From Pelagomonas calceolata (taxonomy: Eukaryota): a stretch of 64,000 nt of DNA. This document shows positions 40,460 to 49,959 of this stretch, piece by piece. The translations under genes and the position numbers were made by a program. The notes beneath the pieces are model-generated. The model was given only the letters and a program-made list of their open reading frames with translations. It had not been told where the DNA came from and searched no databases. The stretch is taken from contig CAKKNE010000004.1 of assembly GCA_918797485.1 (NCBI GenBank), positions 496,001 to 560,000 of the forward strand, given 5' to 3'. Within the stretch, counting starts at the first letter, position 1, and each line of letters opens with the position of its first letter.

Positions 40460-43360
40460 TCACAGCATCGCGACGGCTTCTTGGAACTTCGCGTCCGGCG
40501 TGCCCGGCGGAGCGGGCTGCTGCGCGGCGGGCGCCAGCGGCGACGTCGGCGCCGCGGGCGCCGCGCGGCGGCTGAGCGCCTCGGCCAGGCGCCCGGCCGC
40601 CGCGGGGCAGCTGTGGCTCAGCGCCTCGACGCGGCTCTTGTCCACGTCAGACAGCGTCGGCCAGGAGGCCGGCGACGAGGGCAACACCGGCGGCGGCGGC
40701 GGCGGACTGCTTGGTGCCAGAACGATGGGCTGGAGCACGCCGCCGTTCGTCGGCGTCATGGAAGGCGGCGGCGCAATGGGCTGCAGGACCGGCGGCGCGG
40801 GCGCGGGCAGTGCTGGCGAGGGCGGCGCGGCGAGCGCCTGTTTCATGGTCGCGAGGAAGGAGCCGTCGTTGGGGATCGCCGGGGCCGGCGCTTCTTCCGC
40901 GGGCGGCGGCCCGAGCAAGTCGTCGAGGCGCGCGCGCTTCGCGGGCGGGGCTTTGTCGTCGGCCGGCGCAGCGGTCGGAGGCACAGGCGCAGGCGCGGGC
41001 GCCGGCGCCGCCGTCGACATGCCGAAGCTCGCCGAGCCCCAGTCCTCGCCGTCAGCGGCCGCCGGCGCGGGCCCCGGCGCGGCCACCTCGGCGGCGGCCG
41101 CCGCGGGCGCCGCTGCGGCCACCTCCGAGTACAGCTCGTCGAAGTCGTCCGCGGCCGGCGCGGGCGCCGGCGGCGAGGCGTCCATCGGCGCGGGCGCCGC
41201 GTCGTCCCCTTGGGCCGCGGCGCACGCGCTGCACGTGAAAGCGTCTGCCTCACCAGGTATTTTCGATAATGAAGTGCACGCGAGGTGCACGTCGCCCTCG
41301 CAGACGTCGCAGAGGAGCACGTCCTGCATCGGCGTGTCGTCGGCCTCGAGCGTCGACTTCTGGCAGATGACGCACTCGTCCTCCAAAGGCACGGCCTCGA
41401 AGGGCGCGCCGGTGTCGGCGGCGGCGCGCGCCTCAAAGTTATCGCGGATGGCCCGCTTCGGCCGCTCCCTCGACGGCTTGACCGGGCTGTCGTCGATCAA
41501 CTTCCCGATCTGCTCGGCGTCCAGGCCGTGGACGCCCCCGAACGCGCGCGCGGCGTCGGCGCGGCTCGCGAAGCGCCGCCAGTCCGCGTCGCCGACGCGC
41601 CGGACCTCGCAGGCGTCGGCCGGCAGCGACGGCAGCGCGAACGTCCGCGGCGGCGCGGGCGGGCGCGGCTCGTCGTCGTCCGCGTCGTCTGCCATGGGCA
41701 CGGGCGCGGGCGCGGCGACCGGCGACCCATCCTTCGTGATCTGGCTTCTGCGGCAATTCCGGGCCTCGGCCTCGCCGTCGAGTCGAACCTTCCAACAGCG
41801 ATGCTGATTCTCCCCGATCGACGTGACGACGCCGGGCTCGCCGTCCACCTCGACGCGGTCGCCAACGGCCACGACTTTTACCTCAATTTGAGATACGTCC
41901 TCCACATCCGCGATGTCGCCGTCGACCTGGCGCGCCTCGAATCTACTCGAGGGCGCATCCGACGTTTTGTTAACGAGTCGCTCGACACTGGTACGGCTGA
42001 GGCCGAACGCCCTCGCGGCATCCCCCCGGTGGGCGAACTTGCGCCACGACGCGTCGCCGACGCGGCGCATCTCGATGATCTTGCCGCGCGTGGCGCCCTC
42101 GTCGTCGTCGTCGTCGTCCTCATCATCTGAATCCGAGTCTCGGGCCCCGCGCGCCGCGGACACCGGTACCGACCGCGACTCACCGCCTACACTTCGCGCC
42201 TCGTACACGCCGTGCACGGAGGGCCGGGTCTTCTTGTTATTGATGAGGTTTCCGATATCATAACTATAAAGTCCTGGGAACGCCCTCGCCGCGTCCGCCC
42301 GAGAGGCGAAGCGCCGCCACTTCTTGTCGCCGACGCGTCTCATCTCACAGGCCATCTGGCCTCTCGGGCCGCGCGCCGTCGTCGGCGCATCGTCGTCGTC
42401 GTCCGAGTCCTCCTCATCATTTGAGTCCGAGTCTCGGGCCCCGCGCGCCGACCGCGACTCGCCGCCTACACTTCGCGCCTCGTACATGCCGCGCACGGAG
42501 GGCCGGGCCTTGGTCGGCTTAGTTATCAACTTCGAGATATCAGACCCGGACAATTCTGGGAACGCCGCGGCGGCGTCTTTCCGAGACGCGAAGCGGCGCC
42601 ACTTCTTGTCGCCGACGCGGCGGACTTCGCAGGCACGCTGGTTCTTTAAAGTAGCAGCGCTTAGAGCTCGCCCGCCGACGTCCTCGTCCTCGTCCTCGTC
42701 CTCGGAGTCCTCCTCGTCCGATTCCGGCCCGCGCGCCGCCGCTGCGAGCGCGGCCGCGCTGACCGGTGGCGACCGCGGGCGCCGAGGGACGTTGCGCGCT
42801 TCGAACCGCTCGCGGATGTCCGCCGGAGCTCGGTCCGTTGGTCTTTTCCTTGGGTTGTCCGTTATCAGCCTTGAGACCGTGCTCTGACTCCGTAGGTCGG
42901 GGAACGCGGCCACAGCGTCCGCTCGCGAGGCGAATCGGCGCCACTTCTTGTCGCCGACGCGGCGGACCTCGCAGGCCCGAGGGTTGCCGCGAGGCTTGTC
43001 ACTTCTCGAAGGAGTTCGCCCGCCGACGTCCTCCTCCTCGTCGTCCTCGTCCTCCTCCTCCTCATCCTCGTCGGGCGGCCCGCGCGCCGCCGCCGCGAGC
43101 TCGGCCGCCGACACCGGCGCGGACCGCGGGCGCTGAGGTTCACTCGAGGGGGCGGCCTCGTCCTCGCCGTCCTTGAGCCGCCGCCACGCGTCCAGGAACC
43201 GCTTCTTCGGCAGGGCCGGCCACGCGGCGAGGCCGAGCGCGTCCTCGAGGTCCTCGAGTGAGGCAACTCTAAAGTCGCTCAGACAGTCGACGTTCGCGCG
43301 CACTTCCGCGCGCCGCTGCTCGCAGCCAATATGCTCGGCGAGCCAGGCGTCGAGGTCCAT
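40460..43360 (-). CDS. Chromatin protein: SAM-like N-terminus, five NUMOD1-like repeats, Tudor-like domain and PHD finger
   Basis: Five copies of E(V/M)RRVGDxxWRxFAxRxDAxxAF; VGDRVEVDGEPGVVTSIG; CVIC...LLCDVCEGDVHLAC...FTCSAC. Confidence 0.8.
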   Translation of the reverse strand: MDLDAWLAEHIGCEQRRAEVRANVDCLSDFRVASLEDLEDALGLAAWPALPKKRFLDAWRRLKDGEDEAAPSSEPQRPRSAPVSAAELAAAARGPPDEDEEEEDEDDEEEDVGGRTPSRSDKPRGNPRACEVRRVGDKKWRRFASRADAVAAFPDLRSQSTVSRLITDNPRKRPTDRAPADIRERFEARNVPRRPRSPPVSAAALAAAARGPESDEEDSEDEDEDEDVGGRALSAATLKNQRACEVRRVGDKKWRRFASRKDAAAAFPELSGSDISKLITKPTKARPSVRGMYEARSVGGESRSARGARDSDSNDEEDSDDDDDAPTTARGPRGQMACEMRRVGDKKWRRFASRADAARAFPGLYSYDIGNLINNKKTRPSVHGVYEARSVGGESRSVPVSAARGARDSDSDDEDDDDDDEGATRGKIIEMRRVGDASWRKFAHRGDAARAFGLSRTSVERLVNKTSDAPSSRFEARQVDGDIADVEDVSQIEVKVVAVGDRVEVDGEPGVVTSIGENQHRCWKVRLDGEAEARNCRRSQITKDGSPVAAPAPVPMADDADDDEPRPPAPPRTFALPSLPADACEVRRVGDADWRRFASRADAARAFGGVHGLDAEQIGKLIDDSPVKPSRERPKRAIRDNFEARAAADTGAPFEAVPLEDECVICQKSTLEADDTPMQDVLLCDVCEGDVHLACTSLSKIPGEADAFTCSACAAAQGDDAAPAPMDASPPAPAPAADDFDELYSEVAAAAPAAAAAEVAAPGPAPAAADGEDWGSASFGMSTAAPAPAPAPVPPTAAPADDKAPPAKRARLDDLLGPPPAEEAPAPAIPNDGSFLATMKQALAAPPSPALPAPAPPVLQPIAPPPSMTPTNGGVLQPIVLAPSSPPPPPPVLPSSPASWPTLSDVDKSRVEALSHSCPAAAGRLAEALSRRAAPAAPTSPLAPAAQQPAPPGTPDAKFQEAVAML

Positions 43361-43561
43361 TTCTCCCGCGATGCAATGGGGCGCAATGGGTGGGCCAAAA
43401 AGGTAGCCTTCTGGATACGTCGCCTCTAGTGCTCGGCGGCGGCCGCGCTTTTCCCAGCCGCTGGGTGACAGTAAAATACGTCTCTGCGCGAGGCCACACT
43501 GGCCCGCAGCGCGTATTCGCAGAGCTTTGGGCCGCAGATGCTCAGCGCCGTGAGAGCATTA

Positions 43562-43585
43562 GCTAGCGGGTTGTAAGACACTAGC
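43562..43585 (+). promoter_or_regulatory. Conserved upstream motif, copy 7
   Basis: GCTAGCGGGTTGTAAGACACTAGC; about 200 bp upstream of the start at 43360. Confidence 0.6.
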
Positions 43586-43619
43586 GAGCAAAGTCATCTA
43601 GAAGTCACAACAAACACCC

Positions 43620-45185
43620 TTAAGACCCAGCAAGCACCTTCACCTTCGCCCGCGCGAACGCGTCCGCCTCGCCGCCAGCGTCCCACGCCTTCTTCGCCGC
43701 GACGAGTTTCATAGAAGCCGCCGCGTCCGGCAAACCAATACCGAAGGGCCCCACGCAGCACGCGTCGTCGAGGCAGCCCAAAATTCCGGAAGCGCACGCG
43801 ACCGGCGCGTTTCCGTCATTCTTGCGGCAGCAAGCCCCGGCGCCGCAGAACGCGCAGGGGCCCTGCTTCCCGGCGCATCTGTCCAAGCAGAGGCGGCCGC
43901 CGCCGAACAAGGCATTGTCCGAGACGGGGCGCGGCGCCTGTACAGGCGCCGGGGGCGGCGGCGGCGCAGGGGCCGTGCCGCCAAACAGCTCGGGGTAGAA
44001 GCGCCGCGCGACCTCCACGCGCGACCGGTACCGCTGCGAATCGCCCGGCTTCACGTAGTACGACCCGTGGGCGTTCCTGTGCTTCGTGAAGCCGTCTCGA
44101 CTCATGCGCCGCACGACCTTGGCGAGGTCGAGGTCTTCCTTCGCTCCGGTGCTCGTGCTAGATGTTGGTTCTGCAGCGACAAGCGCGCCGTGCGCGGCGT
44201 CGCCGCGCCCGCCGTGGCGGAGGCACTCTGAGAATTGTGAAGAGGCCACGAACTCCGTGAGAGCTTTCGCCGCCGTCGTCGCGTCGTCGTGGTCGACGTC
44301 ATACATCACTAAGTTGACGCGCGACTTCTTCGGTTGCGCGAGGTCGTAGCCGAAGTACTGTAGAATAGTTGTTGAGACGGCCTGACACGCCCCGCTCGCG
44401 AAGGGGCTGTCCCCCCAGGTCGTGTTGGTGGCCCAGACCCGCGTGTCGTCAATTGATGGTTCTGACGTGAATCGAGACGAGTTCACGTTCAGGATTTCAG
44501 CAGCATCCGTCAACGCTGAGTGGGACAACCCTTCATATCTCAACAAGGCCCAGGAGCCCGTCCAGGCATTGTTAGTGACGTCCTGGAGCAGCTGCGTATG
44601 TAAACCTAGCCATAACGCGGCACATCTCTGAGGTCTAAGAAACGGTCTTCCTTCATTCCGGCAGTGGAACTGGTGATTGTGCCATCGTATAGGTCTCAGG
44701 TAGTGCCACATGAGTGGATGCCTCACCACGACCGCCAGTGAAGCAATTTCGCCCCAATAACGGCCTAAAAATGGCACCATCAGATCCGGCGTCTTCTCCA
44801 GGAGGATCGGAGCGTCCTTGTTTGTGGCGTATCGTATCCAACCCCCGCAAAGTTTTTCCCTACTCATCTCGGGGCCAACAAATGAACCGCACCGGTACGT
44901 GTCGTCACATTCATTACCACGCTTCGACACGATGGGAAAGACGTCCTGGGCGTGCTGGCCCTCTCCACCTGGTCCCGGTGTCTTGACTTCGCCCACATCC
45001 TTGTGGGCTGCCAGCAAGGTTCTCATGAGTGTCGTGCCACTATGATGTAAGCCTCTCACAAACAGCCAGCGCGTCTCCTGGTGGGCGCACCGTTGCTGTC
45101 TCTGCATATCTGCGATCTCTTCGGGCGAGCGCTTCGGTTTTACCGCATACGATGCGGTGATGACGAGGAGGAGGAGCACTCGCAT
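43620..45185 (-). CDS. Secretory sulfotransferase-fold protein with a C-terminal Cys-rich module
   Basis: Signal peptide; FVRGLHHSGTTLM, EKTP, VVVRHP and LRYE; C-terminal CLDRCAGKQGPCAFCGAGACCR. Confidence 0.78.
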   Translation of the reverse strand: MRVLLLLVITASYAVKPKRSPEEIADMQRQQRCAHQETRWLFVRGLHHSGTTLMRTLLAAHKDVGEVKTPGPGGEGQHAQDVFPIVSKRGNECDDTYRCGSFVGPEMSREKLCGGWIRYATNKDAPILLEKTPDLMVPFLGRYWGEIASLAVVVRHPLMWHYLRPIRWHNHQFHCRNEGRPFLRPQRCAALWLGLHTQLLQDVTNNAWTGSWALLRYEGLSHSALTDAAEILNVNSSRFTSEPSIDDTRVWATNTTWGDSPFASGACQAVSTTILQYFGYDLAQPKKSRVNLVMYDVDHDDATTAAKALTEFVASSQFSECLRHGGRGDAAHGALVAAEPTSSTSTGAKEDLDLAKVVRRMSRDGFTKHRNAHGSYYVKPGDSQRYRSRVEVARRFYPELFGGTAPAPPPPPAPVQAPRPVSDNALFGGGRLCLDRCAGKQGPCAFCGAGACCRKNDGNAPVACASGILGCLDDACCVGPFGIGLPDAAASMKLVAAKKAWDAGGEADAFARAKVKVLAGS

Positions 45186-45873
45186 GGTGTGGGGCAGCCT
45201 CTAGACGTCGCGGTCACGCTGCCGCAGCGCGGTGGAGGATGAGTATCGGAGTCATGCGGCCCGGAGCGCGCGTTTTTGCGCGCCGCTGCCGCTCGGATTG
45301 ATCAATTTGATCACACAGCCTTTTGCATGGCAATTTTTGCGGCTCCTCAGCTAAAGCGTCCACTCCACCGCTCGCCGGGAGTGCGTCCCGGCTCCGAACA
45401 GAGCTTTCTGGGAGCTTTCGTAAAAATTTTCTAGTATGTCAAAGCTAGGCTTCACCAAATAGCGAGCATCGCAATCGACTTGCATATTGCTCGTGCTTGG
45501 CCGTGTCCTTGCAAACAGACGATTGACAGCTGCTGCGGACACCTCGAACCTCTCGCCGAGCGACTGCCAGAGCTGGAACGCGCCGCGGCGTGCGCGTAGC
45601 CCAAAATCGCCATAAAGCGAGCTCGGGCCATACGCCGCTGCCGGAGCCCGCCGCGGCCCGCGGGAGCCGGCGAAGCTCGACGACACACACATAGACGCCG
45701 CCGCGGCGTCGCGTCGACGCAGAGAGGCGCGACACGCGCGAACCACCGCCGCCGCATCGCCGTCACCGTCTCGCCGCTCCGCAGGTCGACCCACCACGTC
45801 GTCTAGACGATAACACGTAGTTGACGGTCCGGCGTTTCAGCCACTGAACAAGTGGAGTGAAAGAGCGGCAGTC

Positions 45874-46437
45874 ATGAAGACCATTTTGGGTACCCGCTTC
45901 CTCGACATCCCCGACGGCGTCACGGTGACGTGCAAGGCGAGGCACGTGACGGTGACCGGGCCGCGCGGCAAGCTCGAGCGGAGCTTCAAGCACGTCCAGC
46001 TCGACATGCGCATGGTCTCGCCGCAGAAGCTGCGCGTGGACCTCTGGTTCGGCACGCGCAAGCAGGTCGCGACGATCCGCACGATCTGCTCCCACGTGGA
46101 AAATATGGTGATTGGTGTCACCAGAGGGTTCCTCTACAAGATGCGCTTCGTGTATTCCCATTTCCCGATCAACGTGTCCCTGGCCGGCAGGACGGTCGAG
46201 ATCCGCAATTTCCTCGGCGACAAGAAGGTCCGGAGGATTCCTTTACTGGACGGCGTCGAGTACACGCGCACGGCCGACGTGAAGGACCAGATCGAGCTCA
46301 CGGGCAACGACGTCGGTGCGGTTTCATTAACCGCGTCGCAGATCCGCCAGTCGTGCAACATCACCAAAAAAGATTTACGCAAGTTTCTGGATGGCATCTT
46401 CGTGTCGTGGAAGGGGCCGACGCCGGAGCCGGTGTAG
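45874..46437 (+). CDS. RPL9: 60S ribosomal protein L9 (uL6)
   Basis: VTVTGPRGKLERSF, YKMRFVYSHFPINV, EIRNFLGDK and KDLRKFLDGIFVS. Confidence 0.97.
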   Translation: MKTILGTRFLDIPDGVTVTCKARHVTVTGPRGKLERSFKHVQLDMRMVSPQKLRVDLWFGTRKQVATIRTICSHVENMVIGVTRGFLYKMRFVYSHFPINVSLAGRTVEIRNFLGDKKVRRIPLLDGVEYTRTADVKDQIELTGNDVGAVSLTASQIRQSCNITKKDLRKFLDGIFVSWKGPTPEPV

Positions 46438-46546
46438 AGTGCTGGACTTAGTTGCGGGTAAGATGGGTCTAGTTTACGTACAGTCCACTTGTGTTTGTTG
46501 CGGTATGGCGCGTCGGGCGCAAACTCCACAACACTTGAGCGCAATA

Positions 46547-46570
46547 GCTAGTGTCTTACATACCGCTAGC
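46547..46570 (-). promoter_or_regulatory. Conserved upstream motif, copy 8
   Basis: GCTAGTGTCTTACATACCGCTAGC; 164 bp upstream of the SAMHD1-like ATG. Confidence 0.6.
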
Positions 46571-46733
46571 TGCTTGGTATTGGCGTTGGCCCATCGTGCA
46601 GCCTGCGTGAAGCACCCTTGCCGTTAAGTTCTGCGCCAGTACCCGCAGCAGTGCGCCGCATCATTTCTTCGAGGCGTTCGCCACCCCTTGGCGCGGCAGA
46701 GCTCCCTGGCTGCAGAGGCTAGTTTCCAGCCGC

Positions 46734-48263
46734 ATGGCCGCGACGTCGAGGAAGCGCGCCCGCACCGAGCCGACGCCACCACCAGCAGACAAGCCCAAGG
46801 TCTTTAATGATGCGGTCTTAGGACATGTGGAATTGCACCCGTGCTGCGTCGCCGTGGTGGACACACCAGAGTTTCAGAGACTGCGAGGCTTGAAGCAGCT
46901 CGGGCCGACGGAATATGTGTATCCCGCGGCCGGGCATACTCGATTTGCGCATTCTTTAGGAGTGTCGTTTCTGGCCGGGAAATTGGTCGAGAAACTCTCT
47001 CATCAAGTGTCGCCGCCGTTGCACATTACGGAGCGGGAGATTTTATGTGTCAAGCTGGCCGGGCTCTGCCACGATCTAGGCCACGGTCCCTTGAGTCACA
47101 CCTTTGAGAAGTTCGTGCGCATGCGGCGGCCCCATTTGAAATGGCGGCACGAGCACGCGTCGGCGGCGCTCTTCGCGAAGGTCGTTCGCGACCAGAAAGT
47201 TGCGGCTGTGTTCGGGCGGTATGAACTCACAGAGGACGACGTGCACTTCGTCCAGGAATTGATCTTTGGGGACAAGTCGGACGCTCCTCAAAATTGGCAG
47301 TGGCGGGGCCTGCCCGCCGCAAAGCATTTCCTCTTCGAGATCGTCTCGAATCACCGGAATGGAATTGATGTGGACAAGTTCGACTACTTCCGGCGCGACG
47401 CCTTCCACCTCAACATCCCCGTGTCCTTCGACTCGGATAGGCTCATCATGTGCGCGCGCGCGATTCCTGATGATAGAGGTATCTATACGGTCGCCTACCC
47501 GGAGAAGGAGGTCTGGAACGTCTATGAATTGTTCCGCACGCGCTTTAACCTACACAAGCGAGCGTATCAACACCGCGTGTCGAACGCTATTGAGAGGATG
47601 TTATGTGACGTGTTACTGTTGGCGGAAGAATCGGGATTTACCTACCGCGGTAGGAAGCTGTCCGAGGCCATGGATTCGTTAGATGCGTACGCGACCTTGA
47701 CCGATAGCGTGTTTGATGTAATAGACTTCCTCTCAACGACGGACGCGTCACTGCGACCGGCAGCGGAGTTGCTGGAACATGTGAGGCGGCGCCAACTCCA
47801 CAAGCATGTGGGCGAGGTCGTCGTGCCTCCTTTGAAACGAGATGACATTTGCGCGTTGTCCGACGACGACTTGTTGCGGACGATCGCGCGGCACTCGACG
47901 CCAGCCGGACGGCAAGCATTGCTCGCGGGAGCCTACGCCGCGAGGTTCGACATCACGTTCGGCATGGGCGATAACAATCCTGTCGAAAGAGTCTTCTTCT
48001 ATTTGCGGAGCGACGACGCCGTCGGGCGAGTCCTGAAAGGTTCCCAAGTGTCGACGTTCGTGCCGCGGCACTTCGCCGAGTCGTACGTCCGGTTGTTTTT
48101 GAGAGATAGAGACGATAGCGAGCTGTTCGACGTGGCGTCGAGCGCTTTGCAGGCGTGGGAGCGCGCGGTTCTAGGAAGGGTGGAAAGCGCCATCGCTCCG
48201 TCGCCGCCCCAGAAAGGTGCTGCACGGCGGCCGCCGCGGCCGCCGCCTCCCAGAACGCCGTAA
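46734..48263 (+). CDS. SAMHD1-like HD-domain dNTP triphosphohydrolase (no SAM domain)
   Basis: DTPEFQRLRGLKQLG, HTRFAHSLGV, LCHDLGHGPLSHTFE, DVDKFDYFRRD and LHKRAYQH. Confidence 0.92.
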   Translation: MAATSRKRARTEPTPPPADKPKVFNDAVLGHVELHPCCVAVVDTPEFQRLRGLKQLGPTEYVYPAAGHTRFAHSLGVSFLAGKLVEKLSHQVSPPLHITEREILCVKLAGLCHDLGHGPLSHTFEKFVRMRRPHLKWRHEHASAALFAKVVRDQKVAAVFGRYELTEDDVHFVQELIFGDKSDAPQNWQWRGLPAAKHFLFEIVSNHRNGIDVDKFDYFRRDAFHLNIPVSFDSDRLIMCARAIPDDRGIYTVAYPEKEVWNVYELFRTRFNLHKRAYQHRVSNAIERMLCDVLLLAEESGFTYRGRKLSEAMDSLDAYATLTDSVFDVIDFLSTTDASLRPAAELLEHVRRRQLHKHVGEVVVPPLKRDDICALSDDDLLRTIARHSTPAGRQALLAGAYAARFDITFGMGDNNPVERVFFYLRSDDAVGRVLKGSQVSTFVPRHFAESYVRLFLRDRDDSELFDVASSALQAWERAVLGRVESAIAPSPPQKGAARRPPRPPPPRTP

Positions 48264-48298
48264 TTTTATTAGGCTTTCTCCTTACTTTGAGTCGGTTC

Positions 48299-48613
48299 AA
48301 TCGTATCTAGTCCGCGCGGTCGGGGCGCGCGCGCCGTCGATGCGAGTCACTACATGCCGCCGCGGTGCTAGGACTAGTCAGCCGAGTCCCGCGCGGGGAG
48401 GCGTCGTGCCGCGCGGGGAGGGCCGTCGGCGCCGTTGAACTTCAATCGTTTTTTTTGAGAAGCACGGCGAGTTGCTCTCCGCCGCCGTGTGAGCTGCCCA
48501 ACTTCCAACAGAGCTGCGCACCGACGCGTTGGAGTACCAACTCCCCTCTGCGCACACGAAGAGGACGCAGCCCACCCAAAATGCGTGCTGCTGCCATGAG
48601 CAACAGGGCAGCC
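48299..48613 (+). repeat. Dispersed upstream/leader module, copy A
   Basis: Inverted homolog of 57851..58152. Confidence 0.88.
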
Positions 48614-49573
48614 CTTAGGCGATGCTGCCTCGTCGGCGCGCTGCTTCTCGCTTCGGCAGTCCCTGCGCGTGGCATCTCGGTGCGGTCCTCGTCCTGGCAC
48701 ATGCCCGTCGTTGGCAATCTGCTAGTCTCAGAGGGCTTTGTCCGCGCGGCGGCGGCGCGAGACGCTGCTCCGAGCGCAATGGCCCGAGGCCCGAGCAGCA
48801 AGAACAACAATTTTCCGAGCGTGGCGACCGGGGTGGCGCCGCAACGGCGCCAGCTCACGGGCATCATGACCGACAGCAACATCTACACGGCCGTCGCCGC
48901 GTGGCTCTCGGACAGCGCCGCCGCCGAGGTGACGTACGGCCACATTTCCACGTGGCAGACTTCAGGGGTGACGGACATGTCGTATTTGTTTTGCGCAGAC
49001 ACAGACTCGAGCTCGAGTCTATGCAATGCGGACGCGGCGTCTTTTAACGAAGACATAAGTGAGTGGGACACATCTCAAGTCACGGATACGCATAGTATGT
49101 TCAGAGAAGCCTCGTCCTTCAATCAGCAGATCGGCAACTGGGTAGTAGACAACGTCACGGATATGCACAGGATGTTCCAGGGTGCCTCGTCATTTAACCA
49201 ACCACTGGGCGGCTGGCGGGTCGACAAGGTCACGGATATGAGATACATGTTCTACGTCGCCTCGTCCTTCGACCAGGACCTCGCCTGGTGCATGGCCGAC
49301 GACGTCAACTTATTCAGCGCCTTCGACTGGACCCCGTCTGCGCCGAAGGGCACGAGGGCGTATGCACGGGCTTGCACTTGGTCATCTCCGGCAGGACGAC
49401 GTTGCTCACGAAGAGGAGCGCCGGCGCCGCCACGCCTAGCGCGGTCACGCCGGCGAGGACCTTGTAGTTCGTCTCCGAGAGGCCCGGCAGGGGACCCGTC
49501 TCGAGGGCCTGCGCGGGTGGCGCGTCTTTTCAAAGCGTCCTTCGATCGATGCGTCGCCGCGACGGCGTGCTGA
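48581..49573 (+). CDS. BspA-like / DUF285 surface-repeat protein, probably 3'-truncated near 49337
   Basis: Signal peptide, RRQL, YGHISTWQTSGVTDMSYLF and repeats FNxxIxxWxxxxVTDMxxMF; after FDWTP the ORF reads the antisense strand of a neighbouring exon. Confidence 0.8.
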   Translation: MRAAAMSNRAALRRCCLVGALLLASAVPARGISVRSSSWHMPVVGNLLVSEGFVRAAAARDAAPSAMARGPSSKNNNFPSVATGVAPQRRQLTGIMTDSNIYTAVAAWLSDSAAAEVTYGHISTWQTSGVTDMSYLFCADTDSSSSLCNADAASFNEDISEWDTSQVTDTHSMFREASSFNQQIGNWVVDNVTDMHRMFQGASSFNQPLGGWRVDKVTDMRYMFYVASSFDQDLAWCMADDVNLFSAFDWTPSAPKGTRAYARACTWSSPAGRRCSRRGAPAPPRLARSRRRGPCSSSPRGPAGDPSRGPARVARLFKASFDRCVAATAC

Positions 49574-49735
49574 GAACTACTCCCGCCGCGACGCCATCGC
49601 CGCGACGGCTTACTACCGGACGCCGCTTGCTACCGGCGAGGGCTTTTTCATCAATTGCTTAGTTTGTCGCCTCACGGCGACCGGCGCCGGCGGCGCGAAG
49701 CCTGACGCGAGTGCGAGGCACGTCAGGACCCTCAT
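49314..49735 (-). CDS. Small plastid-targeted membrane protein, join(49314..49508,49634..49735)
   Basis: MRVLTCLALASGFAP (ASAFAP-type); GT-AG intron 49509..49633; exon 2 ALETGPLPGLSETNYKVLAGVTALGVAAPALLFVSNVVLPE. Confidence 0.55.
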
Positions 49736-49959
49736 CGCCCTGGAGAGCGCCATTATCGATGCGAAAATCCACGCGTTTAGCGGCCTCAAACTCGATGACC
49801 TGCATGCTGGCATCAAACTCAGGTCTCGACGCCCGCCGTCGATACGTGCGGCGAGAGCCTGGCACGCGTCCCGACGCCTCGTCGAAGCGACCGCCGCGAC
49901 CTGGTGCCGCCGCGACGCCGCGACCGCGATCACAAACAAGAAACTTTACACAAGCGTCG

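Noticed and set aside
227..46570. Recurrent 24-bp motif as a CRISPR repeat
   Set aside because: Copies are kilobases apart, in both orientations, with no spacer array or cas genes
36742..48263. ERI1-like nuclease, SAM-like proteins and a SAMHD1-like dNTPase as an antiviral cluster or split SAMHD1
   Set aside because: They are interspersed with RPL9 and a sulfotransferase; SAM-less HD proteins are normal outside animals; no evidence of functional linkage
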